In this document: in pieces, positions 30,437 through 40,602 of the stretch
How the letters are laid out: each line of letters begins with the position of its first letter
How positions within the stretch are numbered: position 1 is the first letter of the stretch
From: Thermodesulfobacteriota bacterium
GTDB lineage: Bacteria; Desulfobacterota; Desulfarculia; JACQYL01
Assembly: GCA_963675595.2 (NCBI GenBank)
Contig: CAXXLZ010000002.1
Span: forward strand, 3,872,001 to 3,936,000
DNA: 64,000 bases
Reading direction: 5' to 3'
The notes under the pieces: model-generated
What the model was told of the DNA's origin: nothing
Database searches by the model: none
What the model saw: only the letters and a program-made list of their open reading frames with translations
Position numbers and translations under genes: made by a program

Positions 30437-32329
30437 TTAGGACGGGTCGAACACGCAGTGGTCCGCCTCCTCGTCCAGTCGAATTTCCAGTTTAAGAACG
30501 CCCTCCTCCATTTTGGTCCGGATTTGTCGGCCGATGCGGCAAAAGGTGATGAGCATGCTTCGATTGGAGTCCAGCACGTATGCGCTGAGCACACGGATCC
30601 CGTAGGCGCGGGCGATGTCGGCGAGATAACGGGCCATAAAGGTGCCGATACCCGACCCCTGCAGTTCGTGAGCCACGGTGAAGGCGGCTTCGGCGGTGTC
30701 CTCCTGTTCATCGCGCACATAATTGGCCACCGCCACGATTTGTTCCGACTCGGGGCCGCCCAAAAGGCCCACAATGGTCATGTCTCGAGTGTAGTCTATG
30801 TTGCAGAGCCCCTGCGTGGTCCGATGCGGGAAGGCTTTCACGTTGCCCAAGAAACGGGTCTGCACGTCCTGTTTGGGCAGGGAGTAGTGAAATTCCTGCA
30901 AGGCCCGTTCATCCGTGGGCTTGATGGGACGGAAGAACAGGGTGACCCCGTCCTTGAAGGTTTCGGAAGTCTCCCATCGGTCGGGATATTCCGCACCGTA
31001 ACTACCGGGAAGTACCTGATCGGCATAGACGTAACGGAGCTTTTTCGCTTCCTCCAGCAAAGACTGCCGAAATCTGGGATGGGCGATATTGATCAAAGCA
31101 ACGGCCCGCTCCCGGATGCTTAGTCCCTCCAAGTCCACGGATCCGAATTCCGTCGCCACGAACCGCACGGAGGCCCGGGTGAGCACCACGCCTCCTCCCG
31201 CCGACAAGCGCGCCACAATGCGCGAACGAAGTCCGTCGCCGGAAATGGACGGCAGCACGGTGATTTGTCGGCCGTTCCGTGATAGGGCGGCTCCGTGCTC
31301 AAAATCGGCGGTTCCTCCGAATCCGGTGACAAGCTTGTGGCCGTAAGAATCAGAGCTCACCTGCCCCGTGAGGTCCACCTCGTTGGCCGAACTGATGGAC
31401 ACCATGCGGTCGTGTGATCCGATAACCGTGGCATCGTTGACGTGCTCGGTGGGATGCAACTCGACATCCGGGTTGTCCGAGATGAAATCAAAAAGCCTTT
31501 TTGTGCCCAGACAACAGCTCGTCACAATCTTGCCTTGGTGAATGGTCTTCTCACTGTTGGTTACGGCCCCTGAAAGGACGAGGTCCAAGAAGGCGTCGTG
31601 AAAAATGTCCGTGTGGATGCCCAGGTTCTTCTTTCCTTTCAGGCTTTCCAGCACGCCGGTGCAGGACGGGCTGAGTCCGGCCGCCAAAGTGGAACCGTCT
31701 TCGATGAGGGCCGCGGCCCAATGCCCGATACGCCGGTGGACGTATCCCGGCTCCGCCGTCCGGTATTCGAGAGGCGGTTCATCCACCTCCGACAGCACGT
31801 GGAATCGGCTGAAGTGGAGCGAGGAATCTCCGGAAGTGCGAGGCAGGGAGGGATTGACTTGGGCGATCACCACGGAGGCCGCTTCGCACGCCGCTTTGAC
31901 CACGTCCACTCCGGGACCTAAGGAACACATGCCGTTGTCGTCGGGAGGAGTGACCTGGACCAGGGCCGCGTGCAGCGGAATCCGGCCCGTCTTGAAAAGA
32001 ACGGGGAGCCGGCTCATATGAACCGGAGCGTAGTCCGCCTCGCCCGAGGCCACGGCGCCGCGGGTGTCCACGGACAGGTAGAAAGACTTGAATCGGAAGG
32101 AACCACCCATGCCCGACTCGGGTACGGGCAAGGCTCCCGTGGAAAAAGTCTGGAGGAGTTCGACGTCCGAGACTTCCCAACGTCGTTCAAGCAGCTTCCG
32201 GATTAGAGTTTGAGGTTGAGCACAACCCGAACCGATAAAAACCCGGTTGCCTGAAGAAACGGACCGGACCGCTTCTTCGGGGCTACGGATTCTGCTGCGG
32301 TACTCCGCTTCCCAATGTTTCCGCTTCAT
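30437..32329 (-). CDS. Acetyl-CoA hydrolase/CoA-transferase-like domain fused to a C-terminal GNAT acetyltransferase
   Basis: QVTPPD..G.CSLG, EVDLTGQV, GFGG.ADF, VATEFG; GNAT RPIKPTDE...AEAAFTV..ELQGSGIGT. Confidence 0.88.
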   Translation of the reverse strand: MKRKHWEAEYRSRIRSPEEAVRSVSSGNRVFIGSGCAQPQTLIRKLLERRWEVSDVELLQTFSTGALPVPESGMGGSFRFKSFYLSVDTRGAVASGEADYAPVHMSRLPVLFKTGRIPLHAALVQVTPPDDNGMCSLGPGVDVVKAACEAASVVIAQVNPSLPRTSGDSSLHFSRFHVLSEVDEPPLEYRTAEPGYVHRRIGHWAAALIEDGSTLAAGLSPSCTGVLESLKGKKNLGIHTDIFHDAFLDLVLSGAVTNSEKTIHQGKIVTSCCLGTKRLFDFISDNPDVELHPTEHVNDATVIGSHDRMVSISSANEVDLTGQVSSDSYGHKLVTGFGGTADFEHGAALSRNGRQITVLPSISGDGLRSRIVARLSAGGGVVLTRASVRFVATEFGSVDLEGLSIRERAVALINIAHPRFRQSLLEEAKKLRYVYADQVLPGSYGAEYPDRWETSETFKDGVTLFFRPIKPTDERALQEFHYSLPKQDVQTRFLGNVKAFPHRTTQGLCNIDYTRDMTIVGLLGGPESEQIVAVANYVRDEQEDTAEAAFTVAHELQGSGIGTFMARYLADIARAYGIRVLSAYVLDSNRSMLITFCRIGRQIRTKMEEGVLKLEIRLDEEADHCVFDPS

Positions 32330-32744
32330 GATCGGACTCCCTGAAAGTCGGTGGGCCGGAAGAGGGCGAGGTGGTTTCGCGACTGAAGCCACATGGATTA
32401 TCTGAACTGAAAAAGGACGACTAATCAAGGAGTTTGTGAGGAGAACACCGGATCAACGGCTTGATTCAAACCAGCTATCCTGCTATCCTATTTCTTCTAT
32501 TTGTTGGCGGCTTCGGACACGCCGAATCATATCACCGATTGGAGACCTGGGCGGCATACTCATGAATACCGGGACTTCCCACATCCGAATTTTCATTCCC
32601 GTGGATACCCCATCATCGCTCCTTTGGGAAAAAAGGGAGGTGACGGCGATCTTATGGATCATGCCGAGCCCCTGCGGGGGCGGCTTCGAGCAGTAATCCG
32701 AGATCGACTCATCTTTTCTTGTTTTTCTTGGAGGAAAACCAGCC

Positions 32745-33920
32745 ATGCGCACCATTGAAGAAATTAACCGGAAAATCCGGGAAGGCCGAGTTGTTGTCTG
32801 CACGGCCGAGGAGATTATCGACGTCGTCCGTGAAAAGGGGAAGGCCGCGGCCGCCCGGGAAGTGGACGTGGTCACCACCGGAACCTTCAGTCCCATGTGT
32901 TCCAGTGGGGCCTATTTCAATATCAAGCAGCCCAAAATCAAGATAAAGATGGGTGGAGGCGCGGCCTATCTGGATGAGGTGCCCGCATACGCCGGGTTCG
33001 CGGCCGCCGACATCTTCCTGGGCGCCACCGCCCTGCCCGATCGAGCTCCCAGGAACATTCGGCATCCCGGCGAATTCCCTTTTGGCGGCGCTCACGTCAT
33101 TGAAGCCTTGGTTTCGGGAAAGAAGGTAACTTTGCGGGCCACGGCCCACGGCACCGACTGTTATCCGGCGGTCGAACGTAAGGAACTCGTCGGACTCGAG
33201 GATATGAACGAAGCGGTGCTGTTCAATCCGAGAAACTGCTACCAGAACTACAACGTGGCCGTGAACTTATCCGATAAGACCATCTACACTTACATGGGGG
33301 TGCTGCGTCCCCACATGGGAAACGCGAATTACTGTTCCGCCGGGCAGCTCTCTCCCCTACTCAACGATCCGAAGTATCGGACCATAGGCATCGGCACGCG
33401 CATCTTCCTGGGAGGGGGCGAAGGCTACGTGATCTGGCAGGGGACTCAGCACAATCCCAGCGTTCCCAGGACGGAAAAGGGGGTCCCGAGGCGCGCTTCG
33501 GGCACGTTGGCCGTTATCGGGGATTTGAAGCAAATGAGTCCGGACTGGCTCAAGGCGGTGAGTTTCACCGGTTACGGCGTTTCCATGGCCATGGGCATCG
33601 GGATACCCATTCCCATTCTGGACGAGCGTATGATCGACTACGTTTCCGTCACGGACGCCGAACTGGTGGCCCCTGTGATGGACTACAGCAGAGATTACCC
33701 TTACAGCGAAGGCAGAGGTTCTCTGGCGGAAGTAACCTATGCCGAGCTCAAAACAGGCAGTATTGAAATCGACGGGAAAACCGTGCCCACGGGGTGTTTC
33801 TCTTCCTACCTCAAGGCCCGGGAGATCGCGGAGATTCTCAAGACCCGTATCAGGGAAGGGAAATTCCTGTTGACCGAAAAGGTGGCGTCGCTGCCCGGCG
33901 CGGAAGGAGGGCAGGGATAA
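32745..33920 (+). CDS. DUF39 homocysteine biosynthesis protein (aspartate-semialdehyde sulfurtransferase, MA1821-like, no CBS domains)
   Basis: MRTIEEIN.KI..G, VDVVTTGTFSPMCSSG, NPRNCYQNY, GQLSPLLNDP, GTQH. Confidence 0.88.
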   Translation: MRTIEEINRKIREGRVVVCTAEEIIDVVREKGKAAAAREVDVVTTGTFSPMCSSGAYFNIKQPKIKIKMGGGAAYLDEVPAYAGFAAADIFLGATALPDRAPRNIRHPGEFPFGGAHVIEALVSGKKVTLRATAHGTDCYPAVERKELVGLEDMNEAVLFNPRNCYQNYNVAVNLSDKTIYTYMGVLRPHMGNANYCSAGQLSPLLNDPKYRTIGIGTRIFLGGGEGYVIWQGTQHNPSVPRTEKGVPRRASGTLAVIGDLKQMSPDWLKAVSFTGYGVSMAMGIGIPIPILDERMIDYVSVTDAELVAPVMDYSRDYPYSEGRGSLAEVTYAELKTGSIEIDGKTVPTGCFSSYLKAREIAEILKTRIREGKFLLTEKVASLPGAEGGQG

Positions 33921-34336
33921 TGGCTGCTCGAAAGATCGTATTTCGTTTTCCTCCCGAGGCTGTGGAAGAGCCCTTGACCTTCCGGCTGGTGAAGGACTTC
34001 AATTTAATGGTCAACATTCTTCGTGCGTCCATTGCCCCGGGCAAGAAAGGCCGTTTGGCCATGGCCTTGAGCGGCACGGAGGAGGATCTGGATCGGGCGC
34101 TGGATTACGCTCGCAGCATCGGAGTGGAATGGGAACCCATGGCGGAGGAAATCCGTCGCCGTGAAGAGCGGTGTACGAGTTGCACCGCCTGCATCCCCGC
34201 CTGCCCCACCCAGGCCTTGAATGTGGATCGTACGACTTGGCTGGTGTCCCTGGACAAAGACAAGTGCATCCTGTGCGGTTCGTGCGTGCCGGTCTGCGCG
34301 TATAAGGCCATGGAAATCGCTTATAACGGCGGCTGA
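33920..34336 (+). CDS. NIL domain plus 2[4Fe-4S] ferredoxin (MA1822-like)
   Basis: LVKDFNLMVNILRA.I (NIL); CTSCTACIPACP and CILCGSCVPVCA; 1-bp overlap with the DUF39 gene. Confidence 0.9.
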   Translation: MAARKIVFRFPPEAVEEPLTFRLVKDFNLMVNILRASIAPGKKGRLAMALSGTEEDLDRALDYARSIGVEWEPMAEEIRRREERCTSCTACIPACPTQALNVDRTTWLVSLDKDKCILCGSCVPVCAYKAMEIAYNGG

Positions 34337-34361
34337 GTCGAGCCGCCGGTGCCGTAATCAG

Positions 34362-34399
34362 CCAAAGGGAAAGAGCCGTCGACGGTTCTTCCCCTTTGG
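34362..34399. terminator. Hairpin after the homocysteine operon
   Basis: CCAAAGGGAAAGAGCCGTC/GACGGTTCTTCCCCTTTGG near-perfect inverted repeat. Confidence 0.55.
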
Positions 34400-34599
34400 T
34401 CTCTTCATCCGCCCATTGAGAAACCATGATGGGCAAGGCGAGGGGCGCGCATGGAAGTGTGTCGCAGTGAAGAGGGATGATGGAGCGTAACGCCGCGGTT
34501 CGGGGTTCTCAGCGGACCATCGAGGACTGGTTGAGGGCAATGTTGCGTATCCGGAATTGATTCCGGAAAAGATGAGTTTTCAGCCCGAAAGGAGCTTCC

Positions 34600-35427
34600 A
34601 TGAGCTGGTTTGAAGTGAATCCCAATCTTTGCACACGCAGTGGATTGTGCGCCCGCGTCTGTCCCTCGGGCATCATCCGGCCTCCGGAGGGAGAAGACGG
34701 TTTGCCCGAGCTGATCCAAGGGGCGCAGTCTCTCTGCATCCGGTGCGGGCATTGTGTGGCGGCGTGTCCGGAGGGAGCCTTGGCCGTGGGGGGCATTTCA
34801 GCGGGTCGATGTACGCCCGTCAGGCCGGAATTGAGGGTTTCACCGGAGCAGGCCGAGCAATTGCTCCGTTCGCGTCGTTCCATTCGAAGTTTCCAGGATC
34901 GGCCGGTGGACAAGGCATTGATTCACCAGTTGATCGAGACGGCCCGGTATGCTCCGTCCGGACACAACTCGCAACCCGTCGAGTGGCTGGTCATCCATGA
35001 TTCACTTCAAGTGAAGGCGTTGACCGGTCTGGTGGCCGACTGGATGCGGGACTTGGTAAAAAGGGACGATCCTCTGGCTCGGCTGTGGCATGCCGACAGA
35101 ATCCTGGAGGTATGGGAGTCGGGTCGGGATCGTATCTGTCGCGGTGCACCCCACATGGTTACGGCCCACGGTCGGACGGATCTGGGTACCGCCCCCACGG
35201 CTTGCGTCATCGCACTGGCCTATCTGGAGATCGCGGCGTATGCTCAAGGCCTGGGAGCGTGTTGGGCGGGCTTTTTCAATTTGGCCGCGCTCCGATGGCC
35301 TCCCATGGCCGAAGCGTTGAATCTGCCTCCGGGGCACACGGCTTTCGGTTCCATGATGTTGGGGTACCCCGATATCACCTACCAACGTATTCCACCCAGA
35401 AAAGAGCCGCCGATCGTCTGGAGATAA
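34600..35427 (+). CDS. Nitroreductase with N-terminal ferredoxin domain
   Basis: CIRCGHCVAACP; RRSIRSF, APSGHNSQP, GLGACWAG; the first cluster motif is CTRSGLCARVCP (Cys to Ser). Confidence 0.9.
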   Translation: MSWFEVNPNLCTRSGLCARVCPSGIIRPPEGEDGLPELIQGAQSLCIRCGHCVAACPEGALAVGGISAGRCTPVRPELRVSPEQAEQLLRSRRSIRSFQDRPVDKALIHQLIETARYAPSGHNSQPVEWLVIHDSLQVKALTGLVADWMRDLVKRDDPLARLWHADRILEVWESGRDRICRGAPHMVTAHGRTDLGTAPTACVIALAYLEIAAYAQGLGACWAGFFNLAALRWPPMAEALNLPPGHTAFGSMMLGYPDITYQRIPPRKEPPIVWR

Positions 35428-36000
35428 GGCCGGACAACGGATTTCTTGACTTACGAGCATTCCCGGCATCCGTCTCCGGGAATTGGTGCGCGGGGAACGA
35501 CTTTCGAGGAGATACGCCGACGAAGCCGCCCGCCCCGCGCCGGCTCTCCGAATGCTCCCATTCTCCTGCGTACGCAGGGCAGGTTGCGGTCGCTCGCCGT
35601 CGATCCCACCGACAAACTCATGTCCCGTTTTCCATCTTGACCGCATCACCGGTTCGACGCGCCGAAGAAAAGCATCACAGGTCGGTGCGCTTTCAGCACG
35701 TTGGTTCGCTCCATTCGGGAAGTGTGCCTGAGCGTTCCGGCCGATCGCCTTCATGGATTTGTCCGAAAAAGCAATAGGCTGAAAAGCGCTCTTTCAGGTA
35801 TGATATGAAAGTGGCCGCCGTGAAAAACTACTCCGACTCGTCGACGCTTGCCTTGGGAATCCCGCAGAAGGGGTTCCTCTCTTCCTCATTCCGTATATTT
35901 CAAGCCGGCGACAAACCATTCGAAATTTCTTGAGCTGCGAAGACGCACGGTTCGGAGTCCGACGCAACCCGGTGACGGATGGACGAAAAGGAGGTGCGAT

Positions 36001-38949
36001 GTGACCGCCAAGTCAGGAATCAGTCGTTTGCGGAACCGAACGATTTTGGTGATGAGCATGGTAATGCTCTGGGGCGCTGCGGCTTTCGTTTTTTCGGACA
36101 AGTCTTCCGACGCCTCGGACTCTGAACCCGTCGTCGTAACGTCTTCCGGGTCGCCCGATGGGGCTTCGTGGAGGGCGGCGGGCAGCGAGACCGATTTCCC
36201 GAAGAACCGCGGCCTGTATGTTCCGGTCCCGTTTCCGGACAGAACGGACGTCACCGAGGACAAAGACCGCCCTTTGGGTCGCGCCGTCACCTACGACGTG
36301 GAAACGGGGCAAGTGATCCGTCACCTACGCGTGCAGCGGGATTCCTCCGGAGGTTCGAACGGGGAGTACGTGCCCGGCGGAGCGGGCGTGTACGTTTCGG
36401 AGAAGGGATTGATTGGGCGTGAGACTCCGATTATGCCCGAGGATTTCTGCTCGTTGATCGAGATTTCGGACCCTTCCCCGGCGCCCTGGTGTCAGAGCGT
36501 CAAACTATTCATCATTGCGGTTGATGCCGACGGCGACGGCGTCTGCGATTCGGGAGAGACCTGTTATGAAGGCTCCGGCACCCTGATCGACCCCAAACAC
36601 GTGCTCACCGCGGGGCACTGCGTCCATGAAGGGGACGGAGGTGATTTCTACGACGTGATCACCGTGGTGCCCGGGTATGAAAACGGGAGCAGACCCTATG
36701 GAAGCGCTCGGTCCGTGCAACTCCACACATGGGAGGGGTGGGCGGACAACGGGACGTGGGGGCACGACGTGGGCGTGGTGGACCTGGACCGGCCCATCGG
36801 TGCGCTCACGGGCTGGCAGGGCTACGGCCACAACAACAGCACTTCCTTTTACTACGGGAACACCTTTACCAGTGCCGGATATCCGGGTGAATCCTACGGT
36901 GGTCAATACATGTACTATTGGTACGGAGACTTCGATTTCGTGTGGGACAAACACGTGTGCGTTTTCAGCAGGGGGTATCACGGACAGAGCGGAAGCGGGG
37001 CTCGGCGCAACGAAGGGGGCGGACCCGTGGTATACGCGGTGCACTCTTCCGGCACGGACATCGATACCACCAATTTTACCCGGGTTACCGAAGACAAATT
37101 CGAGGACATCCGCGACGACTTCATCGCCGGAGACCGACCTTCTTCCCCGGACCTGATTCCCCTGAACGTGCAGGTACGGCCGTCGGTAGTCCGGTCGGCC
37201 GAATCCCTGGAATCGCTGTCCTATGTGATTCACAATTATTCGTCGGCTGCATGGTCGGACCGCATTTATGTAAACGTCTATTTGTCGGACGATGATAATA
37301 TCTCCGCCTCGGATACCTTGCTGGATACCTACCACTTTACGGTCACCTTGGACCCCCTTGAATCCATTGCCATGACCCATGATCTGGTTCCGCCCGTGAT
37401 CCCGGCGGGAACCGCTTCCGGAGACTACTATGTGGGCGTGGTGCTGGACGTGGATGATGATCGGTCCGGCAACAACGACTCGGACGGAGATGATGCCGCT
37501 TCCCTGCGCGTGAGCGCCTGCGAGACACCGAGGGCGCCCGTGGGATTGACCGTGCCGGACGAGGACTGCGACGGTTCCTTCACCATCCGCTGGGCCGCCG
37601 TCCCGAACACCAACGCCCACATACTGGAACGAAGCACCAGTCCCACATACTCCGACGCGGTGGTCCTCTACGAGGGAACTTCGGACACGTACGAGGAAGA
37701 GGCGGACCTCGACACCTACTATTATCGGGTGCGGGCCGAAAATGACTGCGGGCTGGGCGACTGGAAGGAGGCCGGCCCCGTGGTGGTCATGGACCTGGAC
37801 CCCCCGGACGAAATCGTGGTTCCCGTCACGGATTGCGACGGCCTTTTTTCCATTAAGTGGCCGACTGCGGACGAAGCGGATTACTATGAACTGTATCGGT
37901 CGTCGGACCCTTATTTCGTTACCAAGGACGTTACGAAAGTCTACAGCGGAGACGAGACCAGTTACACGGAAACCGAAGACTTGACCGGGGAGGTCTACTA
38001 CCGCGTCCGCTCGGTACGGAATTTCTGCGGCCGCAGCGATTGGCAAACCGGGTCGGTCGTGATCGGGGGGAAGCCCGTGGCCCCCGCGTCCATCGATTAT
38101 CCCGAGACGAGCGACGACGGCGCATTCGAAGTGACCTGGGAATCGGTGCTGCTGGACGAATCTCACACCTATGTTCTCGAACGTTCAACGAGCATGATGT
38201 TTTCCGACGCGACGACCGTATACACCGGTGGGGAGCAGAGCTTTTCGGTTATGGGCCTGGGTGAGGGAACGCATTATTTTCGGGTTCGCGTGGAAACACC
38301 CTGCGGAGTAAGCAACTGGCGGACGGGCCTTGGGGTGGTCGTGGAAAAACCACCCTACGACGGCATCTGGAAGGACGCCGTTCCTTCCATGAATTTCTTC
38401 ATCCAGACCTACACCGACGGCTCGGGCATGGTCATCGCCACTCCCGACTTGAAAACCTATTCCGTGTTTATCGACGAGGACATTTCCGATGGTGTGGACG
38501 TGGACGACTACGCGGGTCTGGGCCGTCACCTGCGCATAAAATTTTTCGACGAGGATCACGGAGAGGCCGAGCTGAAGGCCGGTTCCCTGCAATCCTACTC
38601 CATCTCCAAGACGGCTCAAACGGACGATACTCCCACGAATCATGGGATCTGGAAGTCGCCGTCCTGCACCAAACCCGCAATGAACTTCTACATCCAGACC
38701 TATAAGACCGGCTCGGCCATTGTGATCGGCACTCCGGACTTGCTTTCCTACTATGTTTTCTTGGACGAGGACGCGCGCGACGGCCTGGATGTGGAGGAAC
38801 TCAGCGGCAAACCCTATCGGCTCAGCATGATTTTCCTGCCCTTCTACACGGGAGACATGCAGCCTCTGGACCGCTGCGTGGAGGCGCCCGTTCATGGATC
38901 CTCAGCCGCGGCCAAGGCTTGGTGCGTGTTGACTTCGGGGAAAAAATAG
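36001..38949 (+). CDS. Secreted trypsin/V8-like serine protease with Ig-like, three FN3-like and two C-terminal GIWK domains
   Basis: AGGAGG RBS before GTG; signal/TM segment; VLTAGHC, HDVG, GQSGS triad; YYYRVRA, YYRVRS and YFRVRV repeats. Confidence 0.85.
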   Translation: MTAKSGISRLRNRTILVMSMVMLWGAAAFVFSDKSSDASDSEPVVVTSSGSPDGASWRAAGSETDFPKNRGLYVPVPFPDRTDVTEDKDRPLGRAVTYDVETGQVIRHLRVQRDSSGGSNGEYVPGGAGVYVSEKGLIGRETPIMPEDFCSLIEISDPSPAPWCQSVKLFIIAVDADGDGVCDSGETCYEGSGTLIDPKHVLTAGHCVHEGDGGDFYDVITVVPGYENGSRPYGSARSVQLHTWEGWADNGTWGHDVGVVDLDRPIGALTGWQGYGHNNSTSFYYGNTFTSAGYPGESYGGQYMYYWYGDFDFVWDKHVCVFSRGYHGQSGSGARRNEGGGPVVYAVHSSGTDIDTTNFTRVTEDKFEDIRDDFIAGDRPSSPDLIPLNVQVRPSVVRSAESLESLSYVIHNYSSAAWSDRIYVNVYLSDDDNISASDTLLDTYHFTVTLDPLESIAMTHDLVPPVIPAGTASGDYYVGVVLDVDDDRSGNNDSDGDDAASLRVSACETPRAPVGLTVPDEDCDGSFTIRWAAVPNTNAHILERSTSPTYSDAVVLYEGTSDTYEEEADLDTYYYRVRAENDCGLGDWKEAGPVVVMDLDPPDEIVVPVTDCDGLFSIKWPTADEADYYELYRSSDPYFVTKDVTKVYSGDETSYTETEDLTGEVYYRVRSVRNFCGRSDWQTGSVVIGGKPVAPASIDYPETSDDGAFEVTWESVLLDESHTYVLERSTSMMFSDATTVYTGGEQSFSVMGLGEGTHYFRVRVETPCGVSNWRTGLGVVVEKPPYDGIWKDAVPSMNFFIQTYTDGSGMVIATPDLKTYSVFIDEDISDGVDVDDYAGLGRHLRIKFFDEDHGEAELKAGSLQSYSISKTAQTDDTPTNHGIWKSPSCTKPAMNFYIQTYKTGSAIVIGTPDLLSYYVFLDEDARDGLDVEELSGKPYRLSMIFLPFYTGDMQPLDRCVEAPVHGSSAAAKAWCVLTSGKK

Positions 38950-39230
38950 GGTGATGGGACCCTCGATGGTCTGCATGAGGAGTTCACTCGACCGTTCCAG
39001 GCGGGATCCGGCTGAAAAAAATATCGGGCATGGGTCGAGGCGGGACGGGCCACATGGGGGACGAGAAAGGATTGATGTGCGACGCTTTTCCGATTTCGCC
39101 GGCGGACCTTCGGGCCGTGCGAACTTTCACGTCCAAGGGCGGGCCGCATTGTGCCCGCCCTATTGAGACTTCTCGGGGAAGCGCTTGCGCGAAAGAACGG
39201 CGGGTTGACGGCGCTCCCGCCTTGAGCGAT

Positions 39231-40493
39231 CTAGAATTTCCAGGTAAGGGCGAAATCGAACGAGTTTTCCATCAAAGAGGATTCCAGTTCCACCGGTTGG
39301 CCCGTGATGTCCGTCCCTCGTTCGCTCAGGGAGTTTTCAAAGGCGTGGACATAGCCCAAATGAACGGCGAACCGCTCCGACAGATCAATGCCCACGCCTA
39401 CACCGAGGTGGTGTTCCACCACTGCGGGAAACCCGACCATACGAAACGTTTCATAGTAATAACGAGGCATGGTCTTTCCCTGCACCGTGACCATTGATGT
39501 GCCGTTGAAACCGTTATTGGCATTGACCGGATTTTCGCCGTAATTGTAGCCCAAGCGTACGGAAAGCCAATCCAAGGGCTTGACCTGCACGCCTATGCCG
39601 AACACCCATTGGTTGTCCCAACCGAAGTCCCGGTATCCGGTGGCGTCTCCCCAGTTGATCCACCTGATGTCCGTTTCCAGGAGCAGACGATTGCCCCATG
39701 CTTTGAAGGCGGCGCCGAATCCCACCTGCTGCGGGGATTCGAGGCTGAGGTCGTCCAAGGAACCGTCCGCGTCGAAATCTTGGACGTTGTCGTATTCCAC
39801 TTCTTGAGGAGAAACGTAGGTCAGGCCCAAGGATACGTGGTCCCATGGTTTGTAGATGATCCCCGCCTGAGCTCCCACGGCGTATCCGAACGAGTTGCCG
39901 TTTCTCAGGTCAAGGCTTGAGTAGTCCACGTGAACGGCCAATCCCACGGACAGAAAGTCGGTGGCCTGATAGGCCAGGGAAGGAGCGAATTTGAAAATCT
40001 GAAGCTGCGAATATTCCCCGGCGATGAGTGGGGCCGCCCCGCCGAAGCCTTCGTACCGGCTCTGGTCCAGATTCGAGCCTCGATAGTCCACCCCCAGACC
40101 GGTGACTCCGTAGGCGGCGAAACCGAAACGCCATCGATACAGGTCCGGTCCCAGAGGTGAGGAAATGCCGATGGCCGGAATGGCGTAAACCTGATCGTCG
40201 CTGTCGGCTTGAATGACCGTATCCCCTCGTTTCACGCGAGCGCTCACTTCCGGCATGAACAGGGTGCCTGCGAAATCCACCTGCGAGGCGGGACAGTAGG
40301 GGCCGAAACACATGGCTGCGGGGTTGAGAAAGACCGCGCTGATGGCGTCTTCCGGGGCCGCGATGCCCACGCCGCCCATGGCCCGGGAGATGGGACCCAC
40401 GGAAATCAAATTGTCGCCGTTGGTGGCGAAGGCCGGCATGCAGAAGCCGGTTACAATTAAGACCAGAGCCAAAAACAACCCCATACGTTTCAT
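39231..40493 (-). CDS. FadL/OmpP1-family outer-membrane channel
   Basis: Signal peptide, SRAMGG, NPA motif, VRLGYNY, C-terminal Phe (WKF). Confidence 0.9.
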   Translation of the reverse strand: MKRMGLFLALVLIVTGFCMPAFATNGDNLISVGPISRAMGGVGIAAPEDAISAVFLNPAAMCFGPYCPASQVDFAGTLFMPEVSARVKRGDTVIQADSDDQVYAIPAIGISSPLGPDLYRWRFGFAAYGVTGLGVDYRGSNLDQSRYEGFGGAAPLIAGEYSQLQIFKFAPSLAYQATDFLSVGLAVHVDYSSLDLRNGNSFGYAVGAQAGIIYKPWDHVSLGLTYVSPQEVEYDNVQDFDADGSLDDLSLESPQQVGFGAAFKAWGNRLLLETDIRWINWGDATGYRDFGWDNQWVFGIGVQVKPLDWLSVRLGYNYGENPVNANNGFNGTSMVTVQGKTMPRYYYETFRMVGFPAVVEHHLGVGVGIDLSERFAVHLGYVHAFENSLSERGTDITGQPVELESSLMENSFDFALTWKF

Positions 40494-40602
40494 TGCTCTC
40501 CTCCTGGTGAATTACGGTGCAAACGGGGAGGTTCCGTGGAGCCGGAACCCGATGCCGCGGTTGGTGGAACGCCGAAGCCCTCGAAAGCCCGGCTGAAATG
40601 GT

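Noticed and set aside
32430-32745. SAM riboswitch expected before the homocysteine genes
   Set aside because: No SAM-I core (ATC.AGAG...GGCAACC...GTGC) is recognisable by eye
35905-35990. c-di-GMP-I riboswitch-like words (CAAACCATTCGAAA...GACGCA) upstream of the protease
   Set aside because: The stem around GAAA does not pair (CCATTC has no complement), so the P2 helix cannot form
36505-38166. 553-aa minus-strand ORF (likewise 45690-47156 on plus)
   Set aside because: Antisense frames of well-supported genes, as expected with GC-biased codon usage
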